Assembly (NCBI GenBank): GCA_958296135.2
Contig: CATQHZ020000001.1
Location: 3,168,001 to 3,232,000 of the forward strand
Reading direction: 5' to 3'
Length of the DNA stretch: 64,000 nucleotides
DNA from: an uncultured Poribacteria bacterium
Lineage (GTDB): Bacteria; Poribacteria; WGA-4E; WGA-3G
Part shown: positions 37,444 through 46,490 of the stretch, piece after piece
How positions within the stretch are numbered: position 1 is the stretch's first letter
Layout of the letters: the number at the start of each line of letters is the position of its first letter
Program-made: the position numbers and the translations under genes
Notes under the pieces: model-generated
Database searches by the model: none
The model's input: the letters and a program-made list of their open reading frames with translations, nothing else
What the model was told of the DNA's origin: nothing

Positions 37444-37557
37444 GTAGATGTTCACCCCGTAATCCAGCCTAGGCTGGTAGACTGTCATCAAGACTACTCC
37501 ACAATTCTTAATACCCGAATCGACACTCAGAATTGTCACGTCTTTCTGAATTGTCAT
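37444..37557 (-). pseudogene. 5' half (38 codons) of the split RuvC-like nuclease gene
   Basis: RBS AGGAG then MTIQKDVTILSVDSGIKNCGVVL, resembling the RuvC/RNase H strand 1-2 motif ILGIDPG...G. Confidence 0.62.
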
Positions 37558-37685
37558 CTCTCCTGCGTTAGTAGTGGGAACACTTCCCACTTGTTAGTTA
37601 GGTTGGGCGGGACATCCGCCTCCTACCCCCAAAGCCCTCCCACACATCCGCGTGTAGGAGGGCTAATTGGGAGTATTCGGTTAGG

Positions 37686-38384
37686 TTACGGCTTGTCATT
37701 TGCCAAGCGTCGCTGAATCATCACCTTCAACATCCAATTGTCGGTTACCCAATATGTCTGAGGGTAATGCAATTTGTCGATAATATTACGCAACATCTCA
37801 AGCCATTGGTTTGTTCCGTAACGCTCAGGATCCTTCACAGGTATTCCACGATAGAGTTCCTTAAGTGCAATTAGGGCAAGTTCGGATTCAGTCATTGCAA
37901 TAATCGATAGACTGAAGTTATCGACAAGCACCACACCTATGTCTTGATCTTCGATAACACGCTTGATGTAAAGTTCCAGACCGCCCTTCATTTCATCTAA
38001 TAATGCCTTTTCACTGATACGACGATTGCCGAGAATTTTGTTGCGTTGTTCTCGTGTTATGGACTTGATGCTTTGTATGTAAGCATCAACCCAAAATTCA
38101 CGTTCGTCTTCAAAAACCATCTCAGTTTTCTTCAAAAGCAAGTGTTTTTTATCAGCGAGTCTATCGATAGATTCTTTAAATGGTCTAACACTCTCGGCAT
38201 AGTTAAAAACCAGAGGATCTCTGTAGATTGTCTCAATTCGATGTTTGACTAATTCTTGCACTGCATCAACCATCGCGGCTTTCGCTTCCGCCTTGATGCT
38301 TTCGACATCCTCTTCCGCTGCCAACACGTCCCCGACCAGTAGTGAAACTGCGACGAGTAAGATGGCAAATAAAACCCTTTTCAT
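37686..38384 (-). CDS. Secreted helical hypothetical protein (cargo of the element)
   Basis: RBS AAGGAG, signal peptide MKRVLFAILLVAVSLLVGDVLA, AT-rich, 232 aa. Confidence 0.8.
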   Translation of the reverse strand: MKRVLFAILLVAVSLLVGDVLAAEEDVESIKAEAKAAMVDAVQELVKHRIETIYRDPLVFNYAESVRPFKESIDRLADKKHLLLKKTEMVFEDEREFWVDAYIQSIKSITREQRNKILGNRRISEKALLDEMKGGLELYIKRVIEDQDIGVVLVDNFSLSIIAMTESELALIALKELYRGIPVKDPERYGTNQWLEMLRNIIDKLHYPQTYWVTDNWMLKVMIQRRLANDKP

Positions 38385-38462
38385 TTCAAAGAACTCCTTG
38401 TGGGAACTTTTCCGACTAGTTTGTAGGGCGGGACACGTATGCCCCGCCGTGCGACTACCCCG

Positions 38463-39026
38463 TTACTCATCGAAGAGTTCGGGGGAGCTATCGGACTTCA
38501 ACCAATCTAGTTGCGTCCCTTGTTTATGCCAAGTCGTCTGTCGACGTAGGGTTAGAACCTCGAAGACAAACCTTGACTTTTGACTAATCACGGGGTGCAA
38601 GCGTTCAAGCGGTATGTGCCGCTTGTGTTGCAGAACCTCCGAAGCGTAAAATCCGACATAGGCAGTCGCCGCCGCGTCCGTGATATGGTGAGTGTTATCC
38701 GTAAACTGAGTCAACGCATATACGGCGATGGCGACTTCAACCTTACTTGCATTTGGGTTTGATGTCAGCAACCGCTTTGTAAGTTTAGCTGGCACAAAGA
38801 GTGCAGAGATTTTCAAATCCTCTGCCATCTCTGCCAAACCTAGTGACAGATGTCCCATCGAATCGTTGGGGAGGACGTTGCCTTTGACAGGCAGACGACC
38901 CTCGATGCACATTCCTCCGATGTTGAGATCACGATATACCTCCAACTCACCTTTGTAGTTGGTGATGCGCCGGATCCTGACTTGTGTGGCATCGGGCGAT
39001 TCCGAACGACGAAGGTGAATGTAGTC
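38463..39026 (-). pseudogene. 3' half (187 codons) of the split RuvC-like nuclease gene, with no start codon at its 5' end
   Basis: Frame open from 39026. GMCIEG, VPAKLTKRLLTSNPNASKVEV and HHITDAAATA parallel the RuvC motifs VAIE, P..VK..VTG.G.A.K.QV and DAADALAIA. Confidence 0.65.
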
Positions 39027-39698
39027 TTATCCGATGCCTGTCTCCTCGGCGAAATAGAGGCAATGCGCTGTCAGCGGGCATTTTTCGCACAACGGCTTCC
39101 GCGCGTTGCAAATCTGCCTGCCGAAGTAGATAAGGTTCATGTGAAACGGGTACGCCTTTCCTTCCGGTACGATGGGTGGCAGCACTTGATGCGCTTTCTC
39201 CGCGCTACAATTCTGCGGGATGAAGCCGAGACGTTTGGAAATCCGCAGAATGTGCGTATCCACGGGGAAAACTTCTCTGCCGCACGCGAAGGAGAGCACC
39301 ACCGAGGCGGTTTTGATGCCGATGCCTTTGTGTTGACACAGCAATGCTAACGCCGCTTCGGTTTCCATGTCGTGGATAAACGCCAGGGATAAATCGCCGT
39401 GTTCTTCCTTCAGCCACGCGAGGAAGTTTTTAATGGTGCGGCTTTTCTGTTTCGAGAGCCCCGCGATGCGGATTGCATCGATGATGTCCGATTCATCGGC
39501 ATGCAACACAGCCTCCCACGTTGGAAAATGTTCACGGAGGCGCGCGTAGCCTTTGTCGCGGCTGACATCTGTCGTGTTTTGCGACAACACCGTTAAGATG
39601 AGGCTATCGAGGACGTTTTCAGGGCCGCCCCGTGTCGGCACGCCGAGCAACGCCTCTAGCGCATCGGATATGATTGCGGCTTTTTGCTTCAATTCCAA
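39027..39698 (-). CDS. nth: Endonuclease III family HhH-GPD DNA glycosylase
   Basis: VLSQNTTD, KGIGIKTA, FPVDTHILRISKRLG, CNARKPLCEKCPLTAHC 4Fe-4S motif. Confidence 0.88.
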   Translation of the reverse strand: MELKQKAAIISDALEALLGVPTRGGPENVLDSLILTVLSQNTTDVSRDKGYARLREHFPTWEAVLHADESDIIDAIRIAGLSKQKSRTIKNFLAWLKEEHGDLSLAFIHDMETEAALALLCQHKGIGIKTASVVLSFACGREVFPVDTHILRISKRLGFIPQNCSAEKAHQVLPPIVPEGKAYPFHMNLIYFGRQICNARKPLCEKCPLTAHCLYFAEETGIG

Positions 39699-39877
39699 TT
39701 TGTTTTCTTCCCGTAATATGATTTAGAAATAGTATAGCATGAATTAGGAAAATTGTGCAAAAAAAACGTTATGAAGATTCAGAAAAGAAACGGGTTATTT
39801 TTAGGGATGGGCGGAAACTATAGAAATCTGCGCGTGCACATTTTTCAAAGATTGTCCGATTTCATTATGTTGGCACG

Positions 39878-41338
39878 TCAAAAACTAAGCGGCAACGTGC
39901 GCAGGAGCGGCTTCCCCGTATAGGGGTTAATCATATCCGGTAGCCGCGGTATCTTCTCCTGAAATCGGCTCTCAACCGAATAGAGTTGGACGCGCGGGAA
40001 CACGTGGTTGCCTATCTGCACCGTGCCGAGTTTCGCCGTTTCGTTCTGCGCTGCCGGTGAAGTGACATCCTCCAGCGTCACATAGATACCCATCACGGCG
40101 TTTTCACGTTGCACGACATGCAGGAAATCGCGCAGCTGACTCAGCGAGAATTTCCCACTCTTTACCTGAGCGAGGACGACCTTGGTATAGTCCCCATCCG
40201 GTGTTTCCAGCGTATTCCCGATGCCATCGATGCCGCCATCTGCGCCGCCGCGCTCGTTCGGCGCGAGGCCGGGGATGAGGTTAATCGCCCATATCTCAAA
40301 GTGTCGGCGGTTCTCACGAGCAAGCCGCGTCGCGCTGGCCAGATCAGCTGGCACGCCGTAGGTTGGGATGTTCCGGCCGGGAAATCGCTGAGTTTTGATG
40401 ACATCCAGCGCGGACGGATTGATGTCAATACCAATCCATTTGCGGTTGAGGGTATCGGCGGCGACGACAGTAGTCCCGCAGCCACAGAACGGGTCCAGCA
40501 CAATATCGCCTTCGTTTGACGATGCTCTGATAATACGCTCAAGAAGCGCGAGCGGTTTCTGTGTGCCATAACCGAGCCGCTCCTTAGACTGCGTCTGACC
40601 GAGGGAGTGAATATCGTTCCACCAACTCGGAATTGCGCGCCCTGGGGATTCATCAAGGTAACTTCTGCCGCCGGGATATTCTTTGTAGGCTCTCCCCGCT
40701 TCATCTACCTTGTTGAACTTTTTCACCGCCGCTGCTGTCAACGCGGTGTAGGGCCGGTGAAACACCGCTTCTTTTTCGGACATGCCGTAGAACAAGATGA
40801 TGTCATGCTTGCGATGGAAGCCGAACTTGGGCCCCTGTCCGCCGGGGGGATAACACCACACAATTTCATTCCTGAAATTCTTTGTCCCGAATATTCCATC
40901 CATCAGCAGCTTGAGATAGTGGCTTGCTGTCGCATCGCAGTGGAGATAGATGCTGCCAGTGGGTTTGAGAACGCGATGGATTTCCAGCAACCGGAGTGCC
41001 ATGTAACTGACATAAGCCATCATCCCACAGTCGCCGAGAATCTGGTGCAACCCACCGATGACTTTGTGAATTGGCGAGGCAACCATGCCGGTGAGTTCAT
41101 CGACACGCGCCTGCGCATCGGGGCTCCAGTGCCACGTATCGTCAAACGCTTTGAGTGAGGCGGCCCGGGTGCCCTTGTTGGGTCCCTCTTCAATCGCGTA
41201 AAGTTGGTTATATTTCTGCTTGGAATTGAACGGCGGATCGCCGTAGACGATGTCCACCCAATTGTCGGGCCATTGGCGGAGAATGTGTAGGTTATCTCCG
41301 TAGTGGAGGCTGTTCAGTTCCGGAATTGTTAAGTGCAT
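39878..41338 (-). CDS. Beta-class N4/N6 DNA methyltransferase fused to an Mrr-like restriction endonuclease domain
   Basis: YGDPPF, YGTQKPLALLERII, DPFCGCGTT, then DGGIDG...AQVKSG. Confidence 0.9.
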   Translation of the reverse strand: MHLTIPELNSLHYGDNLHILRQWPDNWVDIVYGDPPFNSKQKYNQLYAIEEGPNKGTRAASLKAFDDTWHWSPDAQARVDELTGMVASPIHKVIGGLHQILGDCGMMAYVSYMALRLLEIHRVLKPTGSIYLHCDATASHYLKLLMDGIFGTKNFRNEIVWCYPPGGQGPKFGFHRKHDIILFYGMSEKEAVFHRPYTALTAAAVKKFNKVDEAGRAYKEYPGGRSYLDESPGRAIPSWWNDIHSLGQTQSKERLGYGTQKPLALLERIIRASSNEGDIVLDPFCGCGTTVVAADTLNRKWIGIDINPSALDVIKTQRFPGRNIPTYGVPADLASATRLARENRRHFEIWAINLIPGLAPNERGGADGGIDGIGNTLETPDGDYTKVVLAQVKSGKFSLSQLRDFLHVVQRENAVMGIYVTLEDVTSPAAQNETAKLGTVQIGNHVFPRVQLYSVESRFQEKIPRLPDMINPYTGKPLLRTLPLSF

Positions 41339-41433
41339 TTCGTTAAACCAGAGATTGGACGTTGATATCGCTTTTCCCCTGATGATGAAGGGGCGCGAGG
41401 ACTGCAGAGTCGTTCCCCGGCATCGGGCCGGAG

Positions 41434-41870
41434 TCAGGTTGTCATGCGGGCGGCGAGGATGTTTCGGAAGCCGTTCGCGACGATGTGGCCGTATGCCTCC
41501 GGCACATCAATGCCGAACACCGTGCCAATCTCCATGCGGAAATCGCCATCGTCGACATTCAGCACGAGCAAGCCGTTTTCGACTACGGTGCAGCGTGATG
41601 ACACAGCCGCGTCTTTATAGCCGTTGAAGTTTGCTAGTTCGTCCGCGTCGACATCGAGTGCTGTGCTGATTAACCCGGTGATGTCGCTTGCGATGACTTC
41701 TAGTGCTTCATCGATGTCGGCGATAGTTTCGCTGGTGCCGAAGTAGTTCTGCAGGCCGCGGTTGAGCCAGCTCTCCTTTTCTCCTGAGACCGGCGTGCAA
41801 CGAAAATAGCCCGCGACGCGAAGAACGCGTGCGGGGGTGAGAGCAGTATACCGACATTTGTCGGCACTGC
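41434..41870 (-). pseudogene. Protein-like ORF with no clear start codon (hypothetical or remnant)
   Basis: The 3' 110 or so codons look globular (SWLNRGLQNYFG...), but there is no convincing in-frame ATG/GTG with an RBS. Confidence 0.35.
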
Positions 41871-42137
41871 CATGTTTTGTAATACTTAACAGTTTATAGG
41901 GGGGGGGTAAATCCGGACTTGTTGTCAAGACAGTTGGGAACGTGTGATGGAGCGACGAGGGGGCCAGGCGCGCACCAAGCGTGCCGCGTGCTGCGGACGG
42001 TGACTTTTTTTGCAATGAGATTGAGATTTCGCTGGTTCACTGTTCGCTGTCCCTATGCTATCAGTTTTGCGGATTGCGGTCCGTCGTGATTGTCTTCTCA
42101 AGCGCGCTACATCGCCCCTACCACTGCCTTTGCGACA

Positions 42138-42167
42138 ATTATACCCGAAAAATGCAATGAATGTCAA
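42138..42167 (-). promoter_or_regulatory. Putative sigma70 promoter
   Basis: TTGACA-N18-TATAAT on the minus strand. Confidence 0.55.
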
Positions 42168-42424
42168 ACATTTTTCAGTCTGTAGTTCGGGTTCGGGCGG
42201 GCCCGAACAGTGTGCATCTCTGCAGGTTATGGCTGTAGGGAAGACATCGTTGACTGAACGGTGCCCCAAAACGGTTATCACAGGGCTCTCCGTAGGGCGA
42301 GGGGCACCCTCGGCGATTCGCGCTCGCCGGGCCCTCGCCCTACGCACCGGGGGCTCGGTGCAGTGGCGATAACTCTATGAGATACTAGGATAACCTGCCC
42401 TAATCTAGCAGTGTGCATTTTGAC

Positions 42425-42453
42425 TTGCATTCCGCTTGATTTTGTGGTATAAT
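42425..42453 (+). promoter_or_regulatory. Putative sigma70 promoter for tnpB
   Basis: TTGCAT-N17-TATAAT with an extended -10 TG. Confidence 0.6.
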
Positions 42454-42554
42454 ATAGTTACCGTTGGGGGCGAGACTGCTAGGCGCGGCTTCCCGCCGTG
42501 TCTCTCGCCCCACCTATCTAGCAGAAGGTGACAACCAACTGGAACGGTGACTCT

Positions 42555-43778
42555 ATGGCACTACGAGCCCAGAAGATAGCACTCAATCCAACTGAGGAAC
42601 AGGTCGAGGCATTTAACCGGCATGTGCAATTCGCACGCGCCGCCTATAATGCCGCGCATTCGGATTGGAACGCCGACCGCCGTAACTCTCTCTACGATTT
42701 GAAGAAAATCTTCAACTCACGGAAGCGCGAGGTGTTCCCCGAATTCGCCGCGTGTTCTCAAAACGTAGGCAAGAATGCTATCCACGCTTTCGGTGATGCT
42801 ATCGCCAGATACAAATCGGGACAGAATGGTGCGCCCAAACGGAAGACGCATAAGTCTGCCCCTGCGTTCCAGATTGATAATGGTGTCAATACTGTCAAAA
42901 TGACGGCGGACGGTAAACACGTCGTCCTCCCGATAATTGGACAGGTTAGGTTGCATGAAACCCCTCGATGGACAGGTGAAGTTCGCCGTGCTTTCGTCAA
43001 GCGAATCGCACATCGCTGGTATCTCAGCATCCTTGTCGAAGTTGATGTCCCTGAACTGCCTGACACGTCAGCACTGCCCCCTGCAGGTTGTGATGTCGGC
43101 ATCTCTGCCCTCGCCACGATGGACGATGGCACTGTCTACGAAAATCCGCGTGCCTTGCGCGTCAATGAACGCAAACTACGTCGCGCAAATAAGGCACTCG
43201 CCCGCAAGACGTTCCTGAGCCGCAACTGGTGGAAGGCGAAGGAACGCCTCGCCCGCCTGCATGCCCGTATCGCAAATGTGCGAACCGATGCGCATCATCA
43301 GGCAACACATCGCATTCTGAAAGGCATTTCAGCACTTGGGATTGAAAGCCTCACCGTCAAAGGTTTGATGAAAAATCGCAAGCTTAGCAAGGCACTCGCT
43401 GACGCAAGCCTCGGTGGTTTTCTCGTCAAACTTAAATACAAAGCGGTGCGCCGGGGTATCCGTATTGTGTCAGCAGATAAGTTCTGGCCGTCAACACAAC
43501 GATGCAGTTCCTGTGGCTACGTCAAACGTGGCGAATTCAAACTGACGCTCAAGGACAGAGAATACCACTGCGGTATCTGCGGATTGGTAGAGGACAGAGA
43601 CGTTAACGCCGCTATAAACCTTCGACAACTCGCCTCAAGCACTGAGGAGAGCCAAAACGCCTGTGGAGATGCTGTAACACCTACCCTGGTAGGCTGGCAT
43701 CAGAACCCGCTTGTGCGCGGAAGAAGCAGGAAACCGCTGACCGAACAGAGACTCGTAGACTTTGCACATGGCAGATAA
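42555..43778 (+). CDS. tnpB: RNA-guided endonuclease TnpB
   Basis: N-terminal K..LNPTEEQ, RuvC-I GCDVGI, RuvC-II GIESL, zinc finger CSSCG...CGICG, RuvC-III DRDVNAAINL. Confidence 0.95.
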   Translation: MALRAQKIALNPTEEQVEAFNRHVQFARAAYNAAHSDWNADRRNSLYDLKKIFNSRKREVFPEFAACSQNVGKNAIHAFGDAIARYKSGQNGAPKRKTHKSAPAFQIDNGVNTVKMTADGKHVVLPIIGQVRLHETPRWTGEVRRAFVKRIAHRWYLSILVEVDVPELPDTSALPPAGCDVGISALATMDDGTVYENPRALRVNERKLRRANKALARKTFLSRNWWKAKERLARLHARIANVRTDAHHQATHRILKGISALGIESLTVKGLMKNRKLSKALADASLGGFLVKLKYKAVRRGIRIVSADKFWPSTQRCSSCGYVKRGEFKLTLKDREYHCGICGLVEDRDVNAAINLRQLASSTEESQNACGDAVTPTLVGWHQNPLVRGRSRKPLTEQRLVDFAHGR

Positions 43779-43815
43779 GTCTACATTTGACGAGATGCTC
43801 ATAGGTTATGTAGTG
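43630..43815 (+). ncRNA. Probable TnpB omega/reRNA overlapping the 3' end of tnpB; limits approximate
   Basis: Position expected for the family, gcctgtggag and gaagcaggaa motifs, terminal hairpin gtagactt...aagtctac. Confidence 0.5.
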
Positions 43816-43818
43816 CGG

Positions 43819-45708
43819 CTAAAATAGGAATCGATACATCGGCTTGTCAAGCACGACAGCCAAGAGACTCCAGAATGACCCGATTGCAAATTCACCGAGT
43901 ACAATGCCGAGGAAGAACGGAATCGCCTTCCGATGCAGACGGATGCCGCCGTATTTTAGCACTAACCATTTGAGCAGCCATCCGACAAAAATCGAGCCTA
44001 CCATCGGGTTAATTGCCCAACTGCCGGAGATGGCGTAGCCGACTGGGTGCAAATTCCACCACAAAAAGCGCATCCGCATGGCGGCGAGGAGGAGCGTCAA
44101 TCCGAAGCCGAACGTTGCGAAGCCTATCGCGGGCACATCCGGTGGTGCGGCATAAGTTAACCACGTCTCCAACCGATTAAAAGATTCTCTGCCGAACCCG
44201 GAGAAACCTCCCTCCGCGTAATACATAGAGAGATATGCCCAGAACGAACCCAGCGCGCCTAGCGCGGATGCGAGCATCATGAGTATCGCGAACCGTCGAA
44301 TTGGAATGTTCGCGCCCTCTGCCAATTTGAAACCCTCTAATTGATGCGGCATCGCGTGCGAACGGTGCGCGCGATTGAGGCCGTAAAGATAGGCGAATCC
44401 GGTCAGGTTTACAGCACCGAGCCTACGGATGCCGAACAGCCGCGGCAACATCTCATCAGGCCCGATGAAGTGCAAATCATGCACGGGTGAACCGAGTTCC
44501 GCGCGGAGGCGTGTAATCGCCATCGCAATCGCAAACCAAACGGCGAAATAGAGCACGATAACCCAAAACGTCATCCCCATCTTCAGGCAGAATCCGACGA
44601 TGAACGTTGCCGCGCCGAGCAGTGCTATCAACGTGGCTCGGTGCGAAACCGGTTCGTCTGGACGCGGCGATACGATTTGGCGCGCCACCTGCTTCAGGTA
44701 ACGCCGACTCATCCAGATAGCTAAGACACAAAGTCCCAGATATGCGCCGTGCGACTGCTCCGCTTCATAAGGGAATCTCGGTAGCCCGCGCCAGCCGGCG
44801 ATGACTCCCAGGAGCCGTTCTGCGCGCCAGATGAGCCAAAATGCCCAGCACGAGAAGGAGAGATCGAGTGGGATAAAGAATGAAAGCCCGACACCGAATG
44901 GGAAAACGCCAAGCGGGCTCCACCCGATACCGCTCCAGGGACGCTCCGTGAAAATCTGCCGCAGATCATACAGTTTTCCGCCGAGGCTCGGCACAACTGG
45001 GAAGAGAAAGTTGAGCCCGTTGATAATGTCTATCGTGATGCCGATAGTCAGGCCTACCCACATCCACGGCGAACGGAAGAATCTGCCGCCGGGCGCGGTC
45101 ATCTCAAACGGCAGTTGGATGATGGGGTAGCTGAGCCGTTCTGATTCAACCCACTGCTTCCGAAAAATCAGGCTGAGGCAGAGCATCACGAGGTGGACAG
45201 CGACGATGAAGAGCGTCCACCAAAAGATGGGGGCTAGCCATGCGGTGAAGTGCGGCTGTTCATAAATGCTTGAGAACCCGCGGTAGTATCCCTCGAGTGC
45301 GTGTCTATCGCTGACAACCAGCCATTGCGGGATGTGCAGATGAAATAGGTTGAGCCAGTCGTTTTCCGGTGTGGCGAACCAGTGTGCATGCCCGATGATA
45401 GGCATTAGCACCAGAAATCTGTCCACGCCTGCGAGCCCGGCACCTACTGAAATGCAGGTATAGATTACCAGCAATTCTGCGCGGTTGAGCATGAACGCGT
45501 GGTGGAGTTTGCGGAGCAGCAACCCGATTCCCAGTAAAATCAAAATTGTGATAACGGCGTTGTAAAAGAGGGATACCTGCGTTGGGCTCCCGCCGCCACG
45601 AATGATAGACGCGGACACCCACCAGCAGTTTAGCGGCACGAGCACACAGATAAGAAAAATCGCAAAGGGCCGAATTCGGAGGCTTTCTCTTTGAACCTTA
45701 TTCACCAT
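43819..45708 (-). CDS. Polytopic membrane protein, DUF6785/DUF6784-like putative transporter
   Basis: About 17 TM segments, RKQWVESERLSYPIIQLP, RLRAELG, WWNLHPVGY, PFFLGIVLGE. Confidence 0.8.
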   Translation of the reverse strand: MVNKVQRESLRIRPFAIFLICVLVPLNCWWVSASIIRGGGSPTQVSLFYNAVITILILLGIGLLLRKLHHAFMLNRAELLVIYTCISVGAGLAGVDRFLVLMPIIGHAHWFATPENDWLNLFHLHIPQWLVVSDRHALEGYYRGFSSIYEQPHFTAWLAPIFWWTLFIVAVHLVMLCLSLIFRKQWVESERLSYPIIQLPFEMTAPGGRFFRSPWMWVGLTIGITIDIINGLNFLFPVVPSLGGKLYDLRQIFTERPWSGIGWSPLGVFPFGVGLSFFIPLDLSFSCWAFWLIWRAERLLGVIAGWRGLPRFPYEAEQSHGAYLGLCVLAIWMSRRYLKQVARQIVSPRPDEPVSHRATLIALLGAATFIVGFCLKMGMTFWVIVLYFAVWFAIAMAITRLRAELGSPVHDLHFIGPDEMLPRLFGIRRLGAVNLTGFAYLYGLNRAHRSHAMPHQLEGFKLAEGANIPIRRFAILMMLASALGALGSFWAYLSMYYAEGGFSGFGRESFNRLETWLTYAAPPDVPAIGFATFGFGLTLLLAAMRMRFLWWNLHPVGYAISGSWAINPMVGSIFVGWLLKWLVLKYGGIRLHRKAIPFFLGIVLGEFAIGSFWSLLAVVLDKPMYRFLF

Positions 45709-45857
45709 CTTTCCTCACAAAAGTAGTGTTATTATTCTATCACATTTCCAATTTTTGCGGCAAGGATTTTTTCTTGGCAAACGAGGTGAGGATTTGGTAT
45801 ACTATTTATAGGTAACGCAAATTCTACATTTTTACGCATTGCGGAGGTGCGCAAACA

Positions 45858-46427
45858 ATGAATCTACTAGAATTGAACCAATTCGCGCAAGAAGGGATCC
45901 TCCCCGAAAACGTCACGATGACGTTGGAGGAATTCCTCGCAAACGACGTAGAAGGATACGAATACGTTAATGGAGAATTAATACCCAGGCCCGGGACATC
46001 ACTAGAACACGGTTCGATCGGGGCGAATGTTTTTCGGTACTTAGACCGGTATGTCTACGAGAAGCAGCTTGGCAAAGTGTATTTCTCGGAAACGGGCTTC
46101 CAAGTCAACGAGCGTGTGCTCAAACCGGATATCGCTTTTCTTTCCACCGAGCGAATTCCCGAAGACCAGCGCAAGGCATCCCCTGTTCCACCAGACCTGG
46201 CGATTGAGGTAGTGTCCCCGTCAGACGCGTGGGATCGCGTTGAAGAAAAGGCGTTTGCCTATCTGGCAGCTGGCACACGAATGGTATGGGTTTTCAAACC
46301 TATCTCACAGACTGTGACGGTGTATCGCTCCAGAACCGACATCAAGTTGCTGACTTGCAATGATACCCTTACCGGTGAGGATGCCGTTGAAGGGTTTTCC
46401 TGTCAGGTGGCACTGCTGTTTGAATAG
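45858..46427 (+). CDS. Uma2 family endonuclease-like protein
   Basis: YEYVNGEL, KPDIAF, PPDLAIEVVSPS, YLAAGTRMVWV. Confidence 0.92.
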   Translation: MNLLELNQFAQEGILPENVTMTLEEFLANDVEGYEYVNGELIPRPGTSLEHGSIGANVFRYLDRYVYEKQLGKVYFSETGFQVNERVLKPDIAFLSTERIPEDQRKASPVPPDLAIEVVSPSDAWDRVEEKAFAYLAAGTRMVWVFKPISQTVTVYRSRTDIKLLTCNDTLTGEDAVEGFSCQVALLFE

Positions 46428-46490
46428 CAGGGGCCTTGTGTTCCCCTATCCAAGTCCCCGGCCCTTGAACTTGAGGAGCATTTCTAGGAA

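Larger units (their letters stand above)
37440..39026. mobile_element. Putative integrated 1,583-bp circular element bounded by AGTC direct repeats, carrying a permuted RuvC-like gene and one cargo gene
   Basis: AGTC at 37440-37443 and 39023-39026. Joining the ends fuses the RuvC-like N- and C-terminal halves in frame. The empty site leaves nth 24 bp from the membrane-protein start. Confidence 0.6.
42369..43809 (+). mobile_element. Non-autonomous tnpB-only IS200/IS605/IS607-type element; boundaries approximate
   Basis: tnpB with no tnpA, hairpins at 42466-42510 and 43756-43784, imperfect inverted motifs at 42369-42383 and 43795-43809. Confidence 0.6.

Noticed and set aside
37440-39026. IS110-family element, which also has a RuvC-fold domain and forms circles
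   Set aside because: The joined protein is only 225 aa, follows Holliday-junction-resolvase motif spacing and shows no IS110 C-terminal domain with the catalytic serine motif.
41899-41907. G9 tract as a phase-variable promoter spacer
   Set aside because: The distance from the nearby TTGACA to the TATAAA is about 24 bp, too long for one or two slips to fix, and the downstream ORF has no clear start.
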